Part shown: in pieces, positions 35,401 to 44,897 of the stretch
Layout of the letters: each line of letters begins with the position of its first letter
Position numbering within the stretch: the stretch's first letter is position 1
Virus record (IMG/VR): IMGVR_UViG_3300045988_060465
Coordinates: 1 to 48,878 of that record
Source of the DNA: a virus
Direction: 5' to 3' (one strand)
Length of the DNA: 48,878 nucleotides
Translations under genes and position numbers: made by a program
Notes under the pieces: model-generated
What the model saw: only the letters and a program-made list of their open reading frames with translations
Databases searched by the model: none
Told to the model about the DNA's origin: nothing

Positions 35401-37017
35401 GATTGTAGCTCCCGTCAATTCTGTTGAAACCTCATCTAATGCACCTAGCCACTTTTCTTCGGCTTTACTAAATCTCTTAGGGATTAAGTCAAAAGCATTA
35501 CCAATTGTGGCTACAGATGATTTAACCATAGTTGCCAACGAATTTAGGCCACCACCACCTTTTTCATCCAATTCAATCAGAGCATCTTCAAATTGTTGTA
35601 ATGAAATAGTTGGATTTGGCCCTGTAAATGCTTCTCTAAACTCCGCAAAAGACATATTAAATTTCTTTGCAATAGCAGTTAAGGCTGGTGTCATACCTGC
35701 ATCTTCCATTGATCTCAATGTACGAGCATCCATTTTAGAACCCATGATTTGAGAATACTGAGTAACCGCATTGTTTACTCCCTCAGAATCTCCACCAAAT
35801 GTCAAAATGGAATCATTAATTGCCGAGAATAGCTTTTGAGACCTATCTAAATCGTGATTGATTGAAGTAAATCTCGTAACATGGCTTAGAGCATCATCTA
35901 AAGTGGTTGGTAGGCCCAAAATGCTTTCATCAAGGTTATCAATCATCTTTTGGATTTTCGTTGTAGAATCGTCTACATCACCTACTACAGTGGATAATGT
36001 TCTTTTCGCAACTTTGATTGTATCGTATCTTTTAACACCATTTGAAAATGCATCACCAATTGCGTTTTGTGCACTCGAAACCAATCTATACAAACTAGAA
36101 TATCCAACACCTTGTACTAAGAATCGTCCAATATCTCCTATTGGATTGTTTTGGAAGTTCTTAGCAACGTTCAACATACTAGAGCCTAGATTTGACATCT
36201 TATTTCCAACATCAAATGTAATCTTACTAGCAGTTTTCAAGGCTTTAGCAGCGTTTTGAAGATTGTTTAGTTTATTCAAGCTATCTTGATAGCCAATAAC
36301 TTGTGACTCAATATCCGCTTTTGTGTTTCTTACATCATTCTCTTTTTCAATGGTTTCGTCTAGCTTTTTATTTGTATCTTCTAACTTAGAAGAATCTGCT
36401 TCTAATTTTATTTTTTCTTTGTCTAAATCTGCGATTGAATCATCAATCTCATCAACCAATTTTTGAGCATCATTTAATTCACTGATGTTCGCTTCAATCT
36501 TAATTTTTTCTTTGTTAAGATTGTTAATTTTCTTTTGAACTTCATCAATTTCAATGCCAACCTCTCGCATATCGTATTTGAGAGCTTCACGTGCACTGTA
36601 TAGGTCTTTAAGCTTAACACTTTTATCGTTTTCACCTAGTGTCATGTCGTTAATGGCATCATGAATTTCGTTGGCATTAGCTTTTAAATCAATATCAATA
36701 GAAAGCTTTTTATTACTCAAGGCTAATAACTCTTTTTTAAGCTCACTAATATCATCTTTAATATCCAATAATTGATTCTTGAAATTAGCTAGATTATCTA
36801 AATCTACTTTCATAGCAAGCTTTTGTCTTTCTAAAGCTTCCTTTTCTTTTTTGATTTCTTCTAATCTTGCTTTAATTTTTTCTAATTCATTGGTGTTAGC
36901 ATCAAATTTGAGTTTTACCTTTTCGATTTCTTTTAACTCTTTTTCAAGTTGCTTTATTCTTGCTTCGGCATCCTTAATGTCAAGGACTAACCTAGCACCG
37001 ACTTCACGTACTGACAT
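32434..37017 (-). CDS. Tail tape measure protein, 1527 aa
   Basis: Size, long N-terminal coiled coil, G/A/I-rich hydrophobic central region, and position after the chaperones. Confidence 0.8.
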   Translation of the reverse strand: MSVREVGARLVLDIKDAEARIKQLEKELKEIEKVKLKFDANTNELEKIKARLEEIKKEKEALERQKLAMKVDLDNLANFKNQLLDIKDDISELKKELLALSNKKLSIDIDLKANANEIHDAINDMTLGENDKSVKLKDLYSAREALKYDMREVGIEIDEVQKKINNLNKEKIKIEANISELNDAQKLVDEIDDSIADLDKEKIKLEADSSKLEDTNKKLDETIEKENDVRNTKADIESQVIGYQDSLNKLNNLQNAAKALKTASKITFDVGNKMSNLGSSMLNVAKNFQNNPIGDIGRFLVQGVGYSSLYRLVSSAQNAIGDAFSNGVKRYDTIKVAKRTLSTVVGDVDDSTTKIQKMIDNLDESILGLPTTLDDALSHVTRFTSINHDLDRSQKLFSAINDSILTFGGDSEGVNNAVTQYSQIMGSKMDARTLRSMEDAGMTPALTAIAKKFNMSFAEFREAFTGPNPTISLQQFEDALIELDEKGGGGLNSLATMVKSSVATIGNAFDLIPKRFSKAEEKWLGALDEVSTELTGATIYGNIYKLSQKVEGLGDIGANFIRGHKKEIGEGIDFIKTKFTELWSVLKTFSFKDFVGGFKEGLGDFQGVIDFFKPILGDFYDFAKDKITEMGDGSFSKGLGRFVSDYIQIGIGLKYAGKLMKLGSGGISLLGDLVNISSKFKGKSFNIPFLGKLGSKFSSIKDVFKSSDEITTATGTPKTFDAEGFKNKLSSLAIIAGGAGTIILYCKAIKEIEKNVPNDITTLPMRLTNLFSVMGLMMGANTINAGVSKALEMNNALTGLALMVGQGGALWLFAKAMQELDKTMPDGFDTFNDKLLGLFECIGSMTLITGIQGGAGVLTGGITTLAQVLGMITTTGLAGTLIACAKAMQEVDKNVPSNTRGLKKKIQGIMDVIDMFEGGGTYSSWWSQVIKSSESLWKNMETWNITRILKKLVTIGESISKVQGMSIDSSSFNDQFKDIQEVIKNINDFEFPTVSTSSATNIADANSIVKNYTTMASSLSKMSSINGSSINVENCTSILKNVASVVSEMKKIVFPDVTKSIKSNLNSTNAQEFLDTLKILEQIVPEFGNLQATITNNPLPNAEDIKKTITSISQAIGYISVAGVGTGKDKNMLSYNLRQMPDSKLFNNALKAITTLGDIILKFGTLNVYSTDFDFETLRANIKSIGNAVNEMATNKGLTENLENMDTVNKTVSKLKKTCESLNSIVGLNLDFVKIGEVTTGIQTFLDNVKGLKVGEATTSVVTEVNSIVTSFHNMATTLSNMKSEFNTSGTDMANGIIEGFKSIDIEGSFGTKIDNAKASLKKKSFKSVGKKFGRDVVSGFSEGISNMSSSISNQITMMYGYSTRFTDLGQYLGSAFKNAFNNQSGNINTGGTNTPTVNRGNESQGKNFKFAKGGPVYLKRGGQPIVMKPSGTDTVPAMLTPGEYVMKRSAVKNAGQSFMDKVNNMDLKGAFKELSTRYGSHVGSVVNKNVTINNNDNRVTNNSIAFNEGNERRQAIKVGRCLRGLA

Positions 37018-37246
37018 CTTCGGACTCCTTCACTAAATCTGTTTTCTGCATGAAATGAACCGCATATCTGTCAATCTGAGGTATTTTCTTTTGAGAATTT
37101 TTATTTGCCTCGTTAATTTCATTCCATGTTTTATCGCTTTGTAGATTTGCGTAGTACCCAAAGGCTACAACTAATTCAGAAACACCCCAATGGTCTAATA
37201 TCTCATTGGGGCGTATTTTTAGAATTTTACCGACATAATGAGCCAT
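37004..37246 (-). CDS. T segment of the G/GT tail assembly chaperone
   Basis: The -1 frame is open from about 37348 through to 37004, overlapping the last 8 codons of G. Putative slip site GTT TTT ATC AAA TAA. Confidence 0.45.
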   Translation of the reverse strand: MAHYVGKILKIRPNEILDHWGVSELVVAFGYYANLQSDKTWNEINEANKNSQKKIPQIDRYAVHFMQKTDLVKESEDVST

Positions 37247-37323
37247 AGTTGAATAAAGATTTAGTTCTGCAACATAAGACTTTGCTTTTTTTACTGAATC
37301 CTTTTTATCATCCCCCTTATCAA

Positions 37324-38034
37324 TTATTTGATAAAAACTGTTTCTACCTCATTAAATAATTCAGGATATTTGATAATTAGGCTAATCATGCAAGTTAAAA
37401 CTGAATATTGCATCATGTGATCTTCATAAAATTCATCTAATCCTAAGAAAATTGCAACAACTTTATAAAGTCCATCAACTAAATTTGTAGAGGATTGAGC
37501 GTATAAATGGAAAATCTGTTCATTTGCTTCATTCATATACGCTTCATAAATCTGAACCATAGTCTTGTTCACTTCTTCATCATCTGCATCTGTTGTAACG
37601 ATTCCATCTTTTCCTTTAATGAATTTGTGACCGTAATATTCCTCGATTTCTTGGAATTTTTCTTTATATGGGTCTAGGATTTGTTCTGCATCCAATAACA
37701 ATGGTTTTACTTCGATTAAAGCTTCTACCATCTTCATATCTTGTCTAGGAGATAATGTTAGATTTTCAAACTTCTTATCGAACATAACGTATTGCCCTAC
37801 TCTTTTAGCGTTCTCAGGAACATCAATTTTATGTTCTTCGATTTCTTTTTCAGTGAATCTAAAACTCACTTCAATATCAATTGTTTTAACATCTGTCTTA
37901 TTTGCATCACCAACAACTGCAATTTCACCACCATTGCCATAGACTGCGTGAGGAGTATCATCCTCACGAGCTACTTTTAACTTTTCAATCATGGCATTTA
38001 ACTGTGTTGGTTCTAAAATCTTTTGTTCTTCCAT
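37324..38034 (-). CDS. Tail assembly chaperone (G-like), acidic
   Basis: Acidic protein directly upstream of the TMP, with a frameshift partner downstream. Confidence 0.55.
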   Translation of the reverse strand: MEEQKILEPTQLNAMIEKLKVAREDDTPHAVYGNGGEIAVVGDANKTDVKTIDIEVSFRFTEKEIEEHKIDVPENAKRVGQYVMFDKKFENLTLSPRQDMKMVEALIEVKPLLLDAEQILDPYKEKFQEIEEYYGHKFIKGKDGIVTTDADDEEVNKTMVQIYEAYMNEANEQIFHLYAQSSTNLVDGLYKVVAIFLGLDEFYEDHMMQYSVLTCMISLIIKYPELFNEVETVFIK

Positions 38035-38053
38035 CTCATTTGCCTCTCAATTT

Positions 38054-39460
38054 CTATAAATTAGCGTTAGCTTTGTTTACTACATAAACTTCATACCAGT
38101 TTCCACGAGTATCTTTCTTGAACGCTAAACTAAATTCAAACGCTCCATCATCAGGGATACCCATTGGGAATGAAGTGATTTTTGCATTGTGGTAAGTAAA
38201 TACTTCCGCAGTTCCATCACTTCTATAACGAGTGATTGTAACTTTAGCTCTCTTATTCTTTAAGCTATCGTTGTTTGCTACATAATGTTGCAATACATCA
38301 ACAGTCATTGGATAAGAAATCTTTAATGTTTTACCTACTAAGTTTTTGTTGAAGTAAATTTTTGAACCTTCAATATCTAAACTTGGATTGATTTTACTGT
38401 TCAATACTTGGTATTGAGACTCATCTAAGTTAGCCAACAATGGAGTGTTGATTCGGTTCAAAGTAGAATCTGTAATATTGCATTGGTCGCTCAATGCTGC
38501 ATAGATAAATCCACATTCTTCAACAAAGTGGTCTGCAATATGGATTGAACCATATTCAGGATGTTCTTTATCTGCTTCAATAACTACTTCCTGAGTACGC
38601 ATCATAAAGCCTTGAGATTTATCTCCTTTGCCAATGAATGGGTTCATAGTTAAGTAGTTAGATGTTAATTGAGTACCTGTAAATGAACGCTCAATAGAAG
38701 CAGAATCATCATCATAAGAATCGTCAAAGCAACTTGTATCTACAGGGTCTACAGTATCGTCACCATCAAATCCTGATAAGCAGCTTACTTTAATATCGTT
38801 GTTAGAATCTAAGTCTGCAAATTCTTCAAAGAAAGAAATTGAAGAAATACCAATCAAGATACTATCTGCTGATTTATCTGTTAATGCTACTTCAATACTT
38901 AAACGGACACCTGATGTACTTGCTTCCCATCCTTTTCCACTTTTTTTTGTTGGAACAGTAGATAGGTCAATCTGTACAGGGTAGAATCCTTCTTTATCTG
39001 CTTTTAAAGTACTTGTATACTCATCTGCATTAGTCATTTCATGATCTAAAACATCTGAAATCTTTGTTGTGATTGTGTAAGTACCTGCTTGAGGAACATT
39101 TACGTAGTAGTAAACAACACCTGCTGCAATGTCTAATGCATTTTTCAATGCTTTAAATACCGCACCACTTGTGTGTACTTTGTTTCCTTCTCCACCTTCT
39201 GCATCCGTTTCTTTAGAAGTGATGAACAATGTACCTGTATTCTTACATCCGAATGATTCACAAACGTTGATTAAATCAGGTGCAATAGTACGTGATGTAT
39301 AAGCACTAGAAGTACCTGTAATCTTTTCAAATTTACGAGTATTGATTTTTAAACAAGAATCAATATCACTCATGATAGTAATATCAATTTCTTGAGTTTT
39401 AGTTAATTTAGAGACACTTAATTTGTCACTAATGATTTTGTTAATGTTACAGTTAGACAT
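38054..39460 (-). CDS. Major tail protein, 468 aa (large; probably with a decoration domain)
   Basis: The gene between the connector proteins and the chaperones. No sheath or tube pair is present, so the phage is a siphovirus. Confidence 0.5.
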   Translation of the reverse strand: MSNCNINKIISDKLSVSKLTKTQEIDITIMSDIDSCLKINTRKFEKITGTSSAYTSRTIAPDLINVCESFGCKNTGTLFITSKETDAEGGEGNKVHTSGAVFKALKNALDIAAGVVYYYVNVPQAGTYTITTKISDVLDHEMTNADEYTSTLKADKEGFYPVQIDLSTVPTKKSGKGWEASTSGVRLSIEVALTDKSADSILIGISSISFFEEFADLDSNNDIKVSCLSGFDGDDTVDPVDTSCFDDSYDDDSASIERSFTGTQLTSNYLTMNPFIGKGDKSQGFMMRTQEVVIEADKEHPEYGSIHIADHFVEECGFIYAALSDQCNITDSTLNRINTPLLANLDESQYQVLNSKINPSLDIEGSKIYFNKNLVGKTLKISYPMTVDVLQHYVANNDSLKNKRAKVTITRYRSDGTAEVFTYHNAKITSFPMGIPDDGAFEFSLAFKKDTRGNWYEVYVVNKANANL

Positions 39461-39621
39461 TACTTTTGCCCTCCCATTGTAGCTTTTAGTACACGCTCCA
39501 TAGCACGCTCTGCTTTAGCACCGCCTAATTGATTTAAAGCGTTTAGTTTGCGTGAAACAAATGCTTGAACATCTACTTTCTGTTCAGGAGTCTTTTTAGC
39601 TTTTACAACTTTTTCTTCCAT
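39460..39621 (-). CDS. Unlisted small ORF, 53 aa
   Basis: AAGGAG RBS at 8 nt spacing. The stop overlaps the major tail protein ATG (TAATG). Confidence 0.4.
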   Translation of the reverse strand: MEEKVVKAKKTPEQKVDVQAFVSRKLNALNQLGGAKAERAMERVLKATMGGQK

Positions 39622-39633
39622 TTTTAATCTCCT

Positions 39634-40089
39634 TTATTTAACTTTTGCATCAAATCTAGATACCGCTCTAGCAACAAAATCATTTGCCTTTCTAGGTGGC
39701 ATCTTAATTTTGTGTGCAAAGTGTTTCTTTCCCATTTCATCTACCCAAACGAACGGCCTTCCGTTTTTACGTACTAATGTATAAACTCGTTTAGTTCCAT
39801 TCTGTACCATTGGGGAGTAATCAACGTGAGAAGGGTTTCTAGAATCTTTTTCTAGTTTGTCTGCATCTACACCGATTAGATATTCGGTATTAGATACTTT
39901 TTCTTTCGTGATTGAATCCTTTAAAGCACCTGGCCTATATTCATTCCATGGCATACTTGTCATTTCTTGAGCATAGAATCTACTCCCTCTTGGAGCTTCA
40001 TCTCGCATAGTTTCTTCTAATTCACTAGCCAATCCTTCAAAATCTTCTTCACACGCTTCTATAACATCTTCTAAGAAGTCTTTTAGCAT
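39634..40089 (-). CDS. Head-tail joining protein (HK97 gp10-like)
   Basis: Size, position and composition. Confidence 0.35.
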   Translation of the reverse strand: MLKDFLEDVIEACEEDFEGLASELEETMRDEAPRGSRFYAQEMTSMPWNEYRPGALKDSITKEKVSNTEYLIGVDADKLEKDSRNPSHVDYSPMVQNGTKRVYTLVRKNGRPFVWVDEMGKKHFAHKIKMPPRKANDFVARAVSRFDAKVK

Positions 40090-40092
40090 TTC

Positions 40093-40353
40093 CTACACCT
40101 CGATAAAGGGGTAATAAAGTTTTCCTCCATAGACGTATTTAAAGCCTTTTAGGAATACACCATCTTCATACGATACTTCCTCAACTTTGTTCATAAGGAA
40201 GATTTTTACTAGGCCACTAGGTAAACACATACGTTTTGAATATTCATAAGATGTGTTTGATTTGGCTTTCGCACCGCATACAGGGCATCCGTTTTTCTTT
40301 GTGGAACTTTTCATTCCAATATATTTAATTCTCATACTACTGTACCAACCCAT
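40093..40353 (-). CDS. Small connector protein with a CPVCG zinc-ribbon-like motif
   Basis: ORF. Confidence 0.35.
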   Translation of the reverse strand: MGWYSSMRIKYIGMKSSTKKNGCPVCGAKAKSNTSYEYSKRMCLPSGLVKIFLMNKVEEVSYEDGVFLKGFKYVYGGKLYYPFIEV

Positions 40354-41045
40354 GTGTCTTTTGAATTACATACTGACAAGATACCTAATTGCTCTGAATA
40401 AGCTTTTGTAATATGCTCACGAACATACATACTAATTGAAATCTGAGCATCAGAATTTTCTTCTGAAATAAGAACATCACTACCATCTGTTTCTTCACAC
40501 GTGCTACAACCACATTCGCATCTATTCATTGCGATAACAAATTGTAGGAAGTCGCAGAATACAGGCAATAGACATTCAGGTATCGTTTCGTATCCAGCTA
40601 CATAACTGACAACGATTTTAGATAATTCATCACATCCACAATTGCACACATCTTTGTAGTCGATATTAGATAAATCAACGTACACGATACTGTCGTATGG
40701 GTTATAAGAAAAATCTTTATCAACTTCTAGTTTGTGAGTAGTAAATGTAATTCTTTCTCTAGTGATAACAGATACTTCAATCGTTGTTGGGTCAATCATT
40801 GGATAGAATAGCGGTATACGTACAATTCCTGAATCGCAACCACATTTCTTAAATTCACCAACATCAAAGACTTCCTCTCTTTGAGATGAGAGGAAAGTCT
40901 CACAAGGATGATTTTTCCAACAAGTGATGGTACTAATTAAATCAATTAGTTCTCCAACATTCTTTTCAAGCTTATCTGCTTCTAAATCGCTTTCCTTTAT
41001 GCACGAACAATAGTTTTTCAATTGTTCGATAATTTTTTCGTACAT
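40332..41045 (-). CDS. Cys-rich head/connector protein (16 Cys in 237 aa)
   Basis: CSC, CGCDSG, CNCGCDE and CECGCSTCEE clusters. Lies immediately after the major capsid gene. Confidence 0.4.
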   Translation of the reverse strand: MYEKIIEQLKNYCSCIKESDLEADKLEKNVGELIDLISTITCWKNHPCETFLSSQREEVFDVGEFKKCGCDSGIVRIPLFYPMIDPTTIEVSVITRERITFTTHKLEVDKDFSYNPYDSIVYVDLSNIDYKDVCNCGCDELSKIVVSYVAGYETIPECLLPVFCDFLQFVIAMNRCECGCSTCEETDGSDVLISEENSDAQISISMYVREHITKAYSEQLGILSVCNSKDTWVGTVV

Positions 41046-42307
41046 TATTCACCAATGTTGATTGGTACGATAGTTGTTGGTTTTAATACAAGGTCTAATC
41101 CGTTTAATGTATCTCCTAATGCAGCTGCTGACATTGGAATACCTTGGATAACCATTAATCTGTTTGCGTCTGTTCCAAATGCACATCCAAAGTTGTAGTA
41201 GTAATCACATTGAGTACCACATCCTTCAGATTGAGTATCTGTAGCACCGAATGTATGACGTTGGAATTTTTCAGATGGTTGGAAAGTAGTTCCCATTACC
41301 AAACCTACTGTATTTCCTTCTAATACCCATACATCACCTGTACCTTTTGTAATATCACATGGAACTAATTTATCTGCGATAAATCCATGTCCTTTAAATG
41401 CGACTTCTCCAGTTTCTTTGTTACGAGTCCATCCATCAGGATATTCTCCGTTGAATTTACCTGGAACGATAACAGATTTAATACCTTCAAGTACTAATGG
41501 GTGACAAGCGAATTTATAATCGCCATCTCCTAATGCTGCTAAACGTAATGCAACTGAATCAAATGCAGATAATACGTTTGTACCTACGATTTTGATAACT
41601 GCTTTATCTTCCATTACTTCCAATAATCCATGGAATGGTTTCAATGTAGCAGTACCTGTAGCCATTGTTCCTAAGATTACGTTAATAGCAGTGAAGTATG
41701 CCATTGAAATTAAATCCATACGTTTCTGAGCTTCTTTAATAGTTTCTCCTTCACGTTGGAAATAGCAAACCATGTCATTAGCTTTGATTTTACGTGTTTC
41801 ATTTACTAAGCTATCCATAATAGGCTCGCAACTCTTTAAACACAATAATGCTAATGGTGCATTGCTACCGCATTTAGCTAAATCTAATGGAACCCAGCAA
41901 CATTCACCTTGTGTTGATTTAGGTTCTGTTGTTCCGTATGTGAATGGCAACTGAATATAGAATTTGCCATCTTCTTTTTTTGTAACGCTCCATGCTCCTC
42001 GGTTCATAGCACCTTGCATCTTACGTGAAGCTGGTGTGTTCATTAACCAAGAAACTAATGGGAACACGTTTTGGAATGGATTGGCTGGTGAGTTATCTGA
42101 ATAATAAGTACCGATACCAACTGTTCCTGCATTTGATTTAGAAGCATTTGCTGCTAAATTCTGTCTTGCTTTCTCATAATCAATATAAGCTCTTGAGAAT
42201 GATGTTAAATCCTCGATATTAGAACTTAGACGTTCTACCATTCCTGGTGTAACTGCCATTTTTTCTAATAATGTGTTATCAGGATTTGTAAATAATAAAT
42301 CTAACAT
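41045..42307 (-). CDS. Major capsid protein
   Basis: 420-aa ORF after the scaffold, ATGA-coupled to the next gene. Confidence 0.55.
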   Translation of the reverse strand: MLDLLFTNPDNTLLEKMAVTPGMVERLSSNIEDLTSFSRAYIDYEKARQNLAANASKSNAGTVGIGTYYSDNSPANPFQNVFPLVSWLMNTPASRKMQGAMNRGAWSVTKKEDGKFYIQLPFTYGTTEPKSTQGECCWVPLDLAKCGSNAPLALLCLKSCEPIMDSLVNETRKIKANDMVCYFQREGETIKEAQKRMDLISMAYFTAINVILGTMATGTATLKPFHGLLEVMEDKAVIKIVGTNVLSAFDSVALRLAALGDGDYKFACHPLVLEGIKSVIVPGKFNGEYPDGWTRNKETGEVAFKGHGFIADKLVPCDITKGTGDVWVLEGNTVGLVMGTTFQPSEKFQRHTFGATDTQSEGCGTQCDYYYNFGCAFGTDANRLMVIQGIPMSAAALGDTLNGLDLVLKPTTIVPINIGE

Positions 42308-42317
42308 GGTTTACCTC

Positions 42318-43409
42318 CTATCCCCACATATCTCCGCTAACTTTAGAAGTTGAAGTTAATTTTTCTTCTTTCTTTTCTTTATCGTTAGCTTGTCCTGAGA
42401 TCAAACTAGACAATCTGTCTAATGTGCTTTCTGCTTTCTTTTCAAATTCTGTTTTTTCTTTCTTAGAACTTTTTAATTTTTCTTTTAATTCTGCATTTTC
42501 TGTTTCTAATGTTTCAACTTTTGCACTTAAAGTTTCAAAAGCATCCATGAATTTGTTGATTTTTTCCATGTCGTCCTTAGACATCTCAACAGTTTCCAAA
42601 GTTTCTTCGCCTTTTTTAGCTTCTTCTTCGTTTTCTGCTTCATCTGTCTTGCTTTCAGGTGCTTTTTCTTCTTTAGAAGGTTCTTTTTTTTCTTTTTCTT
42701 CCTCTTTGTTTTCTAAAGCTTCATTCTTCTTTTCTTCTTTATTTTCAGAACTCAACTTTAAAATCTTTTCCCATAGGTTCATTTCTGAGTCTCCTTTACT
42801 GTTTAAATTTTCGCCTGTACTGTTTACATTGGCTGGATTTGCAACAACTGAGAAACCAGCAATCTCAATTTCGTTGTAGAATGGTGCATTAAATTTAAAT
42901 GACGATTCAAGATCGAGTGTCCCTCTCAGTTCTGCACTAATACTCAATGGTATTTCTTGTTTCAATAAATCTTGCACTATGTGCAATTCCCTATTTAGTT
43001 TGACGTTTACATCAAGACCTTTTCTTCCATTCCCAATATCGACAACTGTTAAATCATCTTTAGTCCATGTACCTAAGTTTAAAGGGAGTGATGTAATGTC
43101 AATGTGAGCTAAGTTGATATATCCTACATAATCAGAACTCAAGCTATCGTAGAATGCTTGTACTGCCCCTTTTTTGATGTATAGACGAATATCATCTCCA
43201 CCCTCATATGTTATTGCCCCCTCGTCAATAAGACGTGTAGGTTTGTTTTCTACATACCCTGATGATAGGTTCACACTGACATAATGGTTTTCTTTATCTA
43301 CGCTAGATAAAGTGATTGCATTGTCATAAAATGCTTTTCCTTTTTTTCTGCGATCAAGGCTATCTTTAATGCTTGCTACATATGTTGGAACTCTTTTCTT
43401 TTGTGGCAT
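42318..43409 (-). CDS. Scaffolding protein (globular N-domain plus a highly charged coiled-coil C-terminus)
   Basis: C-terminal KEEKK/E-rich helix. Position before the capsid gene. Confidence 0.5.
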   Translation of the reverse strand: MPQKKRVPTYVASIKDSLDRRKKGKAFYDNAITLSSVDKENHYVSVNLSSGYVENKPTRLIDEGAITYEGGDDIRLYIKKGAVQAFYDSLSSDYVGYINLAHIDITSLPLNLGTWTKDDLTVVDIGNGRKGLDVNVKLNRELHIVQDLLKQEIPLSISAELRGTLDLESSFKFNAPFYNEIEIAGFSVVANPANVNSTGENLNSKGDSEMNLWEKILKLSSENKEEKKNEALENKEEEKEKKEPSKEEKAPESKTDEAENEEEAKKGEETLETVEMSKDDMEKINKFMDAFETLSAKVETLETENAELKEKLKSSKKEKTEFEKKAESTLDRLSSLISGQANDKEKKEEKLTSTSKVSGDMWG

Positions 43410-43849
43410 TATTTCTTAGTCTCCGTTTCTACTACGATTACGGGCTTATAGAATAATTTCTGAATCCTTCCACCACATGAATTACATTTCTTGACTTCGT
43501 ATGGAATCTTTGCTCCTTTTAATATTTCTTCCATTGTGGAATCATATCTTTTTTGAATAGTTTTGTTTCTAAGTGCTTCTAACAAAACTTTATCTTCGGG
43601 AATCTTGTATTTCTTCTTAGGCTCAAGAACTACATATCCGTATAGCAAAGTACCGCTATCTAATTTTGAATAAACGTCAATTTGCGTTTTTTCTTCTATT
43701 ACATCAAGAAGTTTCAAATACTGTTTTGCGTTCTTTGCTGCTTCTTCCAATGCGAACTCATGTCTACCATTTTGCTTTAAGAAAGTATTTCTTTCTTCTA
43801 GGGAATCGAACCAAGTAACACCGTTAATAGTTTGTACGTTGTTTTGCAT
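43409..43849 (-). CDS. Hypothetical head morphogenesis protein, 146 aa
   Basis: ORF between the portal and the scaffold. Confidence 0.35.
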   Translation of the reverse strand: MQNNVQTINGVTWFDSLEERNTFLKQNGRHEFALEEAAKNAKQYLKLLDVIEEKTQIDVYSKLDSGTLLYGYVVLEPKKKYKIPEDKVLLEALRNKTIQKRYDSTMEEILKGAKIPYEVKKCNSCGGRIQKLFYKPVIVVETETKK

Positions 43850-43860
43850 GGTATCTCCTT

Positions 43861-44154
43861 CTAAGCATCATGGCATTGATCGTCTGTATACTTTGTTTCT
43901 GTTTGTTCTGAGCGTTCTACTTTTGCTACATTGCAGAATAAGAATGAAGTATAAGTTGTTACTGTTTTTTGATTAGGTGTTTCACCTGTTGTCGTAATAA
44001 CTGGCCATTCAAATCCAATAGCTCCGTCTTGGTCATTCAATTTGTTATGCCAAGCAGTGTTAAAAGCAGTTGCATCTTTTCCTGTTAAAGTGATAGGGTC
44101 TCCGTACCCTTCTTTAAAAGTGATTTTTACAGTGAAACTACGTTTAATTGACAT
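43861..44154 (-). CDS. Hypothetical protein, 97 aa
   Basis: ORF. Confidence 0.35.
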   Translation of the reverse strand: MSIKRSFTVKITFKEGYGDPITLTGKDATAFNTAWHNKLNDQDGAIGFEWPVITTTGETPNQKTVTTYTSFLFCNVAKVERSEQTETKYTDDQCHDA

Positions 44155-44295
44155 TTATGTATCTCCTTTCGTTAATTTGCATATAAAAAGGCAATACCTC
44201 GAAATATGCAAAAATCTATATAGACAGTGAAAACTGTTTATACCTTTTGTTTATTTCCAAATATTGCCTTGTTTTTTTCTACTTTTTACTTCTAA

Positions 44296-44880
44296 TTAAA
44301 ACTCTAATGTATCTTCTACTTGTTTTGCTGGGTTATTACCAATCAATTTAAGAATCTTGACCATTGATTCTTTGTTCAATTTGCCTTTGAACTCGTTGAT
44401 AAAGTCTGCATCTGAAATATTTCTTTGACCAATTAAGAATAAATCAGCATTTCCTTTTGAATCTTTCTTAGCTCCAATCTGATATACATGAATTGTTGTT
44501 GTATATACACGTCCACTTGCCTGTTCTTTACAAGCTCTGTAGTCTGTTACGACTTCGTAATATACATCTTTAACAGTTTCTTCCTTCTTTGTTTTTTCAT
44601 TGAGACTAGTTTTTACGATTTCTACTTTTCTATATCTGTTCTCAAAGAAAGAAGTTGGAACTGCGATTGCACTGGCTTTTGTTTCCAAATACCCTAATCC
44701 ATCAGGTCGCATAGGTCTTTCACCAAATTCAACCTCTTTACCTTGGATTTTCTCTTTTACCAATCCAATTTTGTTGATTCTCTGTGCATCTTCAAATGAA
44801 TATAACGGAGTTCCATTCAAACTTCCTAGGGGTGTTACCTCATTTTCAGATAAGATACTTTTTAAAATATCCATTTCCAT
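44296..44880 (-). CDS. Hypothetical minor head protein, 194 aa
   Basis: ORF immediately after the portal. Confidence 0.35.
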   Translation of the reverse strand: MEMDILKSILSENEVTPLGSLNGTPLYSFEDAQRINKIGLVKEKIQGKEVEFGERPMRPDGLGYLETKASAIAVPTSFFENRYRKVEIVKTSLNEKTKKEETVKDVYYEVVTDYRACKEQASGRVYTTTIHVYQIGAKKDSKGNADLFLIGQRNISDADFINEFKGKLNKESMVKILKLIGNNPAKQVEDTLEF

Positions 44881-44897
44881 TTTATTTTCTCCTCTCG

